A stretch of DNA of 64,000 nucleotides from Candidatus Omnitrophota bacterium (GTDB lineage: Bacteria; Omnitrophota; Gorgyraeia; Gygaellales; Profunditerraquicolaceae): NCBI GenBank assembly GCA_043809145.1, contig JAZDED010000014.1, positions 1,695-65,694 on the forward strand, given 5' to 3'. Under the pieces are notes generated by a model. That model did no database searches. It worked only from the letters and a program-made list of their open reading frames with translations, and had not been told where the DNA came from. This document shows, piece after piece, positions 9,025 to 16,761 of the stretch. The position numbers were made by a program, and so were the translations under genes. Each line of letters opens with the position of its first letter. Positions within the stretch are counted from its first letter, which is position 1.

Positions 9025-9751
9025 GTCTTTTAATCTCTTCCTTCAATAACATCTTTTCCAGCCATACAAAAAGTATAGAAAAAAAATATTTACGGCTTAA
9101 TTCTTTAATATGATATTTGCTCACACCGCTATCCCTGCCATTCCAGTGTATTGGAATAACCGCATAAGAAAACCCTCTAACTATGGCTTTTAAAGGCATC
9201 TCTACCGTAATATTGAAATACTGGGATATCAGAGGCTGGATTGCCTTTATTACCCCAACCCGATAAGCCTTAAAGGCATTAGATATGTCATTATATTTTA
9301 AGAAAAACAGGGATTGAATTAGTTTGTTTCCTGCCCGGTTAAGTATAAATTTTATCCAAGGGTAACCTACAACCTTGCTTTCCTTTATAAACCGTGAACC
9401 AAAAACACAGTCATAACCCTCTTTAAGTTTATTTAAATACCTAACCACATCATTAGGATCATCAGATCCATCTCCCATAAATATAACTACCGCATCTCCG
9501 CTAATGCTATCCAACCCCTGTCTTATAGCCCAACCAAAGCCCCGGGGTTGAATGGAATTCACTGCTTTAACTCTCGGATTATCTTTTGTTAATGCGGCGA
9601 GGACATCCAATGTGGAATCTGTAGAATTATCATTTACTAAGATTACCTCATAATCAATATCATTTAATTCCAACTCCTTGGCCAATCTTAGAACTACCTG
9701 GCCTATACAAATTTGTTCGTTATACGCCGGAATGACTACCGATAGTTTCAT
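9017..9751 (-). CDS. family-2 glycosyltransferase, soluble polyprenol-phosphate sugar synthase-like (DPM1/Ppm1-like)
   Basis: 244 aa. LSVVIPAYNEQ...VILVNDNSTDST...MGDGSDDP (DxD-type). Its ends overlap both neighbouring genes. Confidence 0.7.
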   Translation of the reverse strand: MKLSVVIPAYNEQICIGQVVLRLAKELELNDIDYEVILVNDNSTDSTLDVLAALTKDNPRVKAVNSIQPRGFGWAIRQGLDSISGDAVVIFMGDGSDDPNDVVRYLNKLKEGYDCVFGSRFIKESKVVGYPWIKFILNRAGNKLIQSLFFLKYNDISNAFKAYRVGVIKAIQPLISQYFNITVEMPLKAIVRGFSYAVIPIHWNGRDSGVSKYHIKELSRKYFFSILFVWLEKMLLKEEIKRHA

Positions 9752-10899
9752 CTTTTATCCAAGAATAAAAGGCTTATGAAGAATGATGAAAAAACTGTCT
9801 GCAAGCCAATAACTAATAAGGTCATAGCCAAAATAGATTCCCTTATCCTATCCAATCCGCCAAATCCTTTGGCTAACCACTCCAGGGTAATAAGCAAAAC
9901 CAGTATAAAACCGATCATAAAAAATATGCTGCCAATAAATATACCTTTTTCTAAATTAAAATGTCTCTGAATAAATATGGTTATGCGGTCATACTTCAAT
10001 AAACCCATCCTAATGGCAAAGGTATGGGCGTAGATGCCTAGGTTCAATACTTGATACGATAGAATAGATATCATGCTGGCAAAGATCATAAAATGCAGGT
10101 CCCAGTAACGGCCTAAAAATAAAAAAGGCCCGCGCGTCAATACAAGCAGGCTTAATAATCCAAACGTAAAACCAATTAATCCGGGTATAAAGTAGAGCCA
10201 TAAAGGGCTATAAAGCAGCATAAATCTTACGTGCCTCCAAGCATCAAATAAGGGTGAAAGTTTTGATTCGCCTTTTCTGGGGCTGTAGCTTATAGGAATC
10301 TCGGATATTTTAAGGTTATTCTGCAAAGCCGAGACCACCATCTCCGTAGCAAATTCCATCCCCATAGTTCTCAAGCGCATCTTCTTGTAAGCCTCCCGGG
10401 TAAAAGCGCGCATACCGCAATGGATATCTGATAACCGGGTGCGAAAGAAAAGCCGCGTCATCCCGGAAAGAATAGGATTTCCGATATAGCGATGCGACCA
10501 ACTCATTGCCCCCTTCTTAATGTTGCCTTTAAACCGCGAACCCATGACAAAATCAAAATCTTCTTTCAGCCGCTTAACAAACCGGCTTATATCGTCAAAA
10601 TCATAAGTATTATCACTATCCCCCATAATAATATAACGGCCTCTTGCCTCTTTAAGACCGGCTAAATAAGCAGCTCCGTAACCTCGGCGCGATTCCAGCA
10701 CAACCCTGGCTCCTAAATTTTGAGCAATTTCCCGAGACCTGTCAGTTGACCCGTTATCCGCTACAATTATCTCACCACTGATACCTAAATTATTAAAAAC
10801 CTTCTTAATATTGTTGATACAAACAGCTAACGCCTCTTCTTCATTAAGGCACGGCATAACCACGGAAACTTCGATAACTTCGCTATTTTCTAATCCCAT
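9748..10899 (-). CDS. family-2 glycosyltransferase with C-terminal multi-TM domain (dolichol/polyprenol-phosphate glycosyltransferase-like)
   Basis: 383 aa. VSVVMPCLNEEE...IVADNGSTDRS...MGDSDNTYD catalytic domain, then about 4 TM helices. This is the architecture of membrane-anchored DPM-synthase/GtrB-type enzymes. Confidence 0.7.
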   Translation of the reverse strand: MGLENSEVIEVSVVMPCLNEEEALAVCINNIKKVFNNLGISGEIIVADNGSTDRSREIAQNLGARVVLESRRGYGAAYLAGLKEARGRYIIMGDSDNTYDFDDISRFVKRLKEDFDFVMGSRFKGNIKKGAMSWSHRYIGNPILSGMTRLFFRTRLSDIHCGMRAFTREAYKKMRLRTMGMEFATEMVVSALQNNLKISEIPISYSPRKGESKLSPLFDAWRHVRFMLLYSPLWLYFIPGLIGFTFGLLSLLVLTRGPFLFLGRYWDLHFMIFASMISILSYQVLNLGIYAHTFAIRMGLLKYDRITIFIQRHFNLEKGIFIGSIFFMIGFILVLLITLEWLAKGFGGLDRIRESILAMTLLVIGLQTVFSSFFISLLFLDKR

Positions 10900-13409
10900 A
10901 GTATCCTAAAAAATCTGATATTATCCCTCTCATACCTGCCTTCGGCAAATAATTTAAAATACTTTAATCCGACCCCACCCAGATAATAAAGGCGCACAAA
11001 CAAACTCTTCCCCAATTCCCGGCTTAGGGAAACCGCCTGATAGCCCTTATCAGTCTTAAAGACCAATATGGAAAAACCCAGATTGGCATTAGGATAGGGT
11101 ATCTCAACAATCTCGTCTTCTTGCAGGATAAAAAGGCTGCGCGGTATCTTATACTGCCCATCCTGAGGATTAAATAAAACTATGGTTTGCTGATTAGGGT
11201 TATAGATAAAGCCATTTTCAAAATAAACCACATTATCCTTCTCTTGGCCTCTGAGTATACCACTAAAGAATTGATAACGGCTGGAGACCCAATTATCCAA
11301 ATCCTTATCCGCAATAAGATTCGCTTCCTGGTATAATTTCTGCGCGCTATCCTTCTTCAGGCCTAACCCCTCAAGATAATTAATAACCTGGTTTTTCTCT
11401 TTTTTTCTGATACTCTGCATAAGATATACCCGGGAAAAATCCCACTTCCCTAAGTAAGAAAACGCGTGCATTTTAGAAGCAAGAGTAGGATCAACTATAA
11501 AATAAGCCCGCTGCGGAACATCAAATAATAGGCCTAATACCTTATCAACACCCTCTTTATTAAGGTATTTATCCAAAATCCCCCTTGCTTTTTCTTTGCC
11601 CGGAGAACCTGATATCAGGCTGTTAAGAATAAAAATCGATCGGTATGGATCTTTAACCCGCGCATTGATAATTTCAAAGGCATCGTTGCCACCGTTATTG
11701 AGCATGCGTAAAATCCTTAAGGCCTCTTCTTCCGAAGTACTTAAAAATACCCTGGCCATCCAATGAGCCTGCGGCACATTCTGACTCTGCCCGTCAAAGA
11801 TAACTGCCCTACGGGCTACAACCTTGAACCAATCTCCAAAATCCCACCAGGAATTCAGAATAGATTCCTGCGGCGTATTCTCCCTGACTACCGAAAGCAA
11901 CCTGTACCATACGTCATCCATCAAAGGATAGATGGTCTTAGCAGATTTAAAGCCATTATTTATAAATAGACCTGATAAATAAATAACCAGGCAGCCCGTG
12001 GCTAACGTAGTAACCAGCCTGTTTTTCCTCTTAAAAAAATCGCTTAAACAGGATATACCCCACCCCAGAAATAAGGCAAGCGGGACAGAAAGAAAAACTA
12101 CAAACCTCACACCCTTAAAGCACGCGTAAAACATGCTTAGAAACCAAATAAAGAGTATAATTGACGCGCCACGCTTATATCCGGCATCCTTACGCGTAAA
12201 CCAAAAAACAACCGGGATACTCAATAATGATAAAGCAAAAATAATATTGCCTCCGATGGACCTGGAAATCTCTAGATAAGTCGATCTCCTTAATTCACCC
12301 ACTGTCGAATAGACATTAGGCCAGATAGATATATTTAAAGGCTTATTTAACGTAAGAGCATCAATCATAAAACCAAAGAAAAATTTAAAAGGCTGGAATC
12401 CGCAAAAAAGGATAATCCAAACACTTCCTAAAAAAAGAAATGAAAACAGATAGACAAGATGTTTTTTAAAGACTGCCCTGTAATCCCGGTTATTCTTATG
12501 ACGCAAATACCCGTAGAATATGGTGATAAAATTAAACAACTCGTATAGAATCAGTATAGGAAGGACAAACCACCAGGCCAGCCACGTAAAGCAAAATAAC
12601 CCTAGCCAGAAAGATGAAAAGATTAACAAAAAAAATCTCTTTCTCCGGCTCTGGGTATCGAACCCTTGCAAATAAGTCATAAAGATTAAAACAGGAAATA
12701 ATAGGTTTAAAATATCCTTATCATACCAGCCTAAACAACTGCGAGGCACAAAAAGAGGGCATAAGCCGACAAATAAACAACTTATAATACCGGCAATATT
12801 AGCGCCAAACCTATAAGCGAAAAAGTATAGAACAACCAGAAAAACAAAAACGTAAAATAGCGGGATATAAAAAAGAAATGTGAATAGTGGCGTGCGCTTA
12901 AAGAAATTAAATATTTTATAAATAAATGCGGAAGAATAATAAAGAAAATTATCCCAGTGTAAGTTACTCCCCTTTGGGGCAAGCATAAGCGTGTCTACAT
13001 TTTTTCCTCTAACGATCTTATCTCCCGGATGGCCCAAACGGACAATATTCTCCGTATACCTGGCCCAATGCCAGCAATCAAGCTCCATAAGATAAGTCTG
13101 GCCAAGAGAATCCTGATGTTTATTTTTAAGCCTAAGGTATTCGTTTGACAACTGCAGAGACCAAAACTTTGGATTCTTTTTATAGGCATTAGTAATTTCA
13201 TTCTTAAGCAGCCTGTCTTTGGCTAATGATGAGAAATTTCCAAATTTACCCTCTATCTCCTGGGCAGACTGAAAACGAAGGCGCTGATCAACTATTTTTT
13301 TGGCAAAATCCACATATTGCGGAAAATAGGCAGGAAAAGTTCGTAGGTATAGATTAATAAAGATGATAAGAGATAAAAAAACAATTGCTATTATTAAGGG
13401 TCTTCTCAT
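10890..13409 (-). CDS. oligosaccharyltransferase, STT3/PglB/AglB family
   Basis: 839 aa with a multi-TM N-terminal half and a soluble C-terminal half. Motifs in canonical order: LMELDCWHWARY (first-loop acidic motif), GWYDKDILN (second DxD/E), VYSTVGELR (TIXE/SVSE-type), NSWWDFGDW (WWDYG; encoded at 11835..11849), then IFDGQSQN...FLSTSEEEALRILRML. Confidence 0.8.
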   Translation of the reverse strand: MRRPLIIAIVFLSLIIFINLYLRTFPAYFPQYVDFAKKIVDQRLRFQSAQEIEGKFGNFSSLAKDRLLKNEITNAYKKNPKFWSLQLSNEYLRLKNKHQDSLGQTYLMELDCWHWARYTENIVRLGHPGDKIVRGKNVDTLMLAPKGSNLHWDNFLYYSSAFIYKIFNFFKRTPLFTFLFYIPLFYVFVFLVVLYFFAYRFGANIAGIISCLFVGLCPLFVPRSCLGWYDKDILNLLFPVLIFMTYLQGFDTQSRRKRFFLLIFSSFWLGLFCFTWLAWWFVLPILILYELFNFITIFYGYLRHKNNRDYRAVFKKHLVYLFSFLFLGSVWIILFCGFQPFKFFFGFMIDALTLNKPLNISIWPNVYSTVGELRRSTYLEISRSIGGNIIFALSLLSIPVVFWFTRKDAGYKRGASIILFIWFLSMFYACFKGVRFVVFLSVPLALFLGWGISCLSDFFKRKNRLVTTLATGCLVIYLSGLFINNGFKSAKTIYPLMDDVWYRLLSVVRENTPQESILNSWWDFGDWFKVVARRAVIFDGQSQNVPQAHWMARVFLSTSEEEALRILRMLNNGGNDAFEIINARVKDPYRSIFILNSLISGSPGKEKARGILDKYLNKEGVDKVLGLLFDVPQRAYFIVDPTLASKMHAFSYLGKWDFSRVYLMQSIRKKEKNQVINYLEGLGLKKDSAQKLYQEANLIADKDLDNWVSSRYQFFSGILRGQEKDNVVYFENGFIYNPNQQTIVLFNPQDGQYKIPRSLFILQEDEIVEIPYPNANLGFSILVFKTDKGYQAVSLSRELGKSLFVRLYYLGGVGLKYFKLFAEGRYERDNIRFFRILWD

Positions 13410-13424
13410 AAGTATATTTTCATA

Positions 13425-13453
13425 AATTTACCACATTTATCCATTATTAGCAA
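13425..13453 (-). promoter_or_regulatory. candidate sigma70-type promoter for the glycosylation operon
   Basis: Minus strand reads TTGCTA-N17-TAAATT, ending 16 nt upstream of the ATG at 13409. No clear SD. Confidence 0.35.
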
Positions 13454-13489
13454 CGAATATTAGTAAAAACTTAGCTATTATGAAATTAA

Positions 13490-13518
13490 AATTGGCCATT
13501 CTCCAAAAATGGCCAATT
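13490..13518 (-). terminator. putative terminator after the pilin gene run
   Basis: Perfect 10-bp inverted repeat AATTGGCCAT/ATGGCCAATT with a 9-nt loop, followed on the minus strand by TTTAATTTCAT. Confidence 0.5.
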
Positions 13519-13584
13519 ATCTAAAGCAAATTAAAAGAAAGTAATTTAACCTTAGGCAGCTAAATATTCCTAAAACAGGCTTTA

Positions 13585-14142
13585 TCAGTGAGAACCGCTT
13601 GAACGGCTATATATCCTGGTTAAAACCCTGGACTGCGCATTAGATGGTGAACGAGCAACTGCGGGGTTGTTCCGAGCAACCAAGTATATTTCAACACCAG
13701 GACCCTCGTCACCTGTTAATAATGTGCAGAAATTCGGGCTTGCGATAATAGGCCTTGAAGTAATCGTTCTTTGGCTCGAAGCCTCAACCGCATAAAAACT
13801 ATTTCCAGAAACATAATATTCAACAATTATATCATCCCCGTAATTTGACGCAGTAGGAGGATCGCCATTGTCAACTCTTAGCCGCAAACCAACGGTGCCA
13901 TTAGTTAAAGTACAAGAAATTCCGGGGCTTTGACTGTCGCCTACTGACCTTAAAATATTCTTACCCATATCTTCAACAATGACTGTTAACTCATTCTGTA
14001 GCCTTAACTGCCGGTCAGTTTCCACAACGCGATTATATGCAAAAACCCTTAAGTTACCAATAAAAATTATCGACATTGAGAAAAGAAACAGGGAGATTAA
14101 TAGCTCTAGGAGCGTAAAGCTTTTCTTGTGGCCCCTATTCAT
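13585..14142 (-). CDS. prepilin-type N-terminal domain protein (minor pilin/pseudopilin)
   Basis: 185 aa starting MNRGHKKS|FTLLELLISLFLF. This is a class III signal-like N-terminus, but Ser rather than Gly occupies position -1. Confidence 0.7.
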   Translation of the reverse strand: MNRGHKKSFTLLELLISLFLFSMSIIFIGNLRVFAYNRVVETDRQLRLQNELTVIVEDMGKNILRSVGDSQSPGISCTLTNGTVGLRLRVDNGDPPTASNYGDDIIVEYYVSGNSFYAVEASSQRTITSRPIIASPNFCTLLTGDEGPGVEIYLVARNNPAVARSPSNAQSRVLTRIYSRSSGSH

Positions 14143-14534
14143 AATTCCGTCCAGTTAATAACAACTACGGCTTTTTTTAAATTAGTCCCCGCTAAATTTG
14201 AAATAGCATAAGTGGCCGTGTAATTCTCATCAAGGCCTATAGGCATTGTCGGATTAGTAGTAAAAACAGTAGGGCAATTAAAACCACTGGTTAAACAATT
14301 ACCGTCAGCGGCAGTTGCTGGATTCCACTTATCCTGCCTGACATCTTTACTCAAGATATCCAGGCAGTATTTGGCCAAAGATACAGCTGTTCCGCGGCAT
14401 TTATAATGATATGTGTAATTACTGCTGGAAACAAAAATACCCGCCATTCCTGCAACCACAAAAAAAATTATAATCAAAGAGACTATAATTTCTAGTAGTG
14501 TAAAACCTTTTTTTTGATTATCCATTAAGGACAA
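14139..14534 (-). CDS. prepilin-type N-terminal domain protein (minor pilin)
   Basis: 131 aa starting MSLMDNQKKG|FTLLEIIVSLIIIFF. There is a 4-nt overlap with the downstream gene. Confidence 0.75.
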   Translation of the reverse strand: MSLMDNQKKGFTLLEIIVSLIIIFFVVAGMAGIFVSSSNYTYHYKCRGTAVSLAKYCLDILSKDVRQDKWNPATAADGNCLTSGFNCPTVFTTNPTMPIGLDENYTATYAISNLAGTNLKKAVVVINWTEL

Positions 14535-14971
14535 GCCCCTGCGCCAGCGTTTACTGGCTCATCATCATTAATGTTCAGCCTCCAACATCTGCTATTAGTT
14601 GTCCTATTTGCATAAGAAGTCTGGGGTGGAGTGCCTGCTTGGGTACGTACAGAATATTTCCAGTTTGGATTAGTTGTAGGCAGAGAAAGCATGAGAAACT
14701 GATTTATATTGGCAATGCTTGAAACGGTACCTGACGCAGAAGGATAATAAGCGGGCGGGAATTTAACACGATATATCTTTTCTGCGGCTTGAATGAGCTT
14801 AAGGTTTACTTTCGCTTCCTTATCAAAACTATTCTCGCGAGTTACATCAAAACGTGGCAAGGCTAATGCTGCCAGGACGCCGATTATCAAGACAACTACA
14901 AGAATCTCAGTTAGCGTAAATCCATATTTACTCAAGAAATATCCTAATGCCCTGCTTATTTTCTTACCCAT
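14525..14971 (-). CDS. type IV pilin-like protein with long leader
   Basis: 148 aa starting MGKKISRALGYFLSKYG|FTLTEILVVVLIIGVLAALALPRF. The leader is 17 aa; a C-terminal Cys pair is present. Confidence 0.75.
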   Translation of the reverse strand: MGKKISRALGYFLSKYGFTLTEILVVVLIIGVLAALALPRFDVTRENSFDKEAKVNLKLIQAAEKIYRVKFPPAYYPSASGTVSSIANINQFLMLSLPTTNPNWKYSVRTQAGTPPQTSYANRTTNSRCWRLNINDDEPVNAGAGACP

Positions 14972-15059
14972 TGCTTTTAGATATCCTTGTTGTTTATTTT
15001 AACAAATTGATAATCGGCACCCCTTCTTCATATTTCTTATATTAAATTAACAATAATAA

Positions 15060-15443
15060 CTAAAAATAACCGGCAGTGCCGCCAAAGGTGCCAGCAGCGT
15101 AACTCAGAGATACCGTATAAGCACTAGACCCGACAGTCTTCCCTCCGGCAAGACAACGAGTGGCAATACCTGAACCTGCCGTGGCAACAGAATAGCTAAA
15201 ATGATGGGTAGTTGTGCAAGCCGTAGGAGCATCAATTCCAAGATTTGCCATAGTAATAGTATAAGCACCATACTCTAACATATAAGCCTGCTGCGCAGTA
15301 CGAAGGCCGCCAAGAATAGTTTTGGCTTCAGCTGCTCTACCTTTTTCTACCAGTTTCGTATACTGAGTAAACCCTAACGTAGCTAACACACCGATAATAA
15401 TGATTACTATTATCAGTTCCAGCAAAGTAAAACCCTTTCTCAT
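15060..15443 (-). CDS. type IV major pilin candidate (PilA-like)
   Basis: 127 aa starting MRKG|FTLLELIIVIIIIGVLATLGF. Strong SD (AAAGGAGGTAG), its own promoter, and first position in the pilin run. Confidence 0.8.
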   Translation of the reverse strand: MRKGFTLLELIIVIIIIGVLATLGFTQYTKLVEKGRAAEAKTILGGLRTAQQAYMLEYGAYTITMANLGIDAPTACTTTHHFSYSVATAGSGIATRCLAGGKTVGSSAYTVSLSYAAGTFGGTAGYF

Positions 15444-15484
15444 AACTACCTCCTTTTTTTGCTTTCAATCTTTATTCTAATTAA

Positions 15485-15512
15485 AGTATATACGCACTAC
15501 CTAAAAAGTCAA
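15485..15512 (-). promoter_or_regulatory. candidate sigma70-type promoter for the major pilin gene
   Basis: Minus strand reads TTGACT-N16-TATACT, about 40 nt upstream of the ATG at 15443. Confidence 0.5.
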
Positions 15513-15521
15513 GATGAAAAA

Positions 15522-16760
15522 TTATCCTGCAATCTGGGATATTTTAAATATAGGTAAAAATATACCTCCAATCATTAATCCGATAACAAGGCCCATAAAT
15601 ATCAGTATAACCGGCTCAAATATAAGGGTAAAACGAACCAGGAAGGTTTCAACATATTCCTGATAAAAATCATGGACACGTTTGAGCATCTGAGGCAATT
15701 CCCCAATCTCTTCGCCAATACTTACCATCTGGACAATCATCGGGTCAAAAAATTCAAAACGCGCCATCCCCTCTTTTAGGCTCTTGCCCTGCCTAACATC
15801 TTCCTTGATCTGGTGAATATATTCTCCGACAATTTTACTATCAACACTCTGTTCGGTAATCTCCAAAGCATAAAGAATAGGCACGCCGCTCTCTACGAGA
15901 GTAGACATTTCTGCTGAAAACCTCTCCAGAATCAAGCCTCGCGCAAATTCATTATACATTGGAATTTTAAAACCCACTATCTCCGCTTGCCTGCGGCCAT
16001 TTTCTGTCTGTATATATTTTTTAAGCAGATACCCGAATATCACCATTGCCGCCAGAACCACAAGGGCAAATTTACGCAGAAAATAACTAAATTTTAAAAG
16101 AAGCAAAGTTAATAGCGGTAATTCTATATCAAATCCCGCAAACAATTCCCCGAAAGTAGGTATGATTTTTATAGTAAGAAAAAATAGCGCCCCCATACCT
16201 ACGATTAATAATATTGCCGGATAAATTAGGGCGGAAGTCACTTTCCTTTTATATTCCTCATTCCTTTCTAAAAACCTGGCCAGGCGGTCTAAAACAACAG
16301 CTAGATTTCCTGATGCTTCTCCGCTATGCACAAGGTTAATCCAAAGTTCATTAAATACCTTGCGGTGTTTAGCCAGAGCCTCATGAAAACTTAAGCCTCT
16401 CTCCATGCTCACCTTTAAATCCCTCAACACCTTGAGAAAACTATCCTTTTTGACCTGTTGAGAGATAATCTCTACGCTTTTTATAATAGTAACTCCGGCT
16501 GCCAGCAAAACCGCTAACTGACGGCAGAATAAAGTTAAATCCGAAGTCTTGATCTTATCAAATAAGGACAGCTTTCCCAAAAACGAAGGCGCTTTTGATC
16601 GCCAGCTGCTTGAACCGAGTTGTTCCTCGCTAAAGATTTTTACAACTATCAGATTCTTTGCCTGCAGACGGGAAACAAGCTCATCAACGCTAGTATTATC
16701 TTCTGAACCTTGAACCTTCTTCCCGTCTTTATTTTTTGCAATATAGAATATTCTGGCCAT
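15522..16760 (-). CDS. pilC: type IV pilus / T2SS platform protein (PilC/GspF family)
   Basis: 412 aa with two GspF-type repeats and 3 TM segments. Sits adjacent to the PilB-type ATPase. Confidence 0.9.
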   Translation of the reverse strand: MARIFYIAKNKDGKKVQGSEDNTSVDELVSRLQAKNLIVVKIFSEEQLGSSSWRSKAPSFLGKLSLFDKIKTSDLTLFCRQLAVLLAAGVTIIKSVEIISQQVKKDSFLKVLRDLKVSMERGLSFHEALAKHRKVFNELWINLVHSGEASGNLAVVLDRLARFLERNEEYKRKVTSALIYPAILLIVGMGALFFLTIKIIPTFGELFAGFDIELPLLTLLLLKFSYFLRKFALVVLAAMVIFGYLLKKYIQTENGRRQAEIVGFKIPMYNEFARGLILERFSAEMSTLVESGVPILYALEITEQSVDSKIVGEYIHQIKEDVRQGKSLKEGMARFEFFDPMIVQMVSIGEEIGELPQMLKRVHDFYQEYVETFLVRFTLIFEPVILIFMGLVIGLMIGGIFLPIFKISQIAG

Positions 16761-16761
16761 A

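Noticed and set aside
12782-13201. Short minus-strand ORFs nested out of frame inside larger genes: 12782..12982, 12995..13201, 10010..10201, 10316..10501, 28165..28347, 45138..45320, 52431..52640, 63343..63543.
   Set aside because: They overlap conserved CDS in alternative frames and have no independent support.
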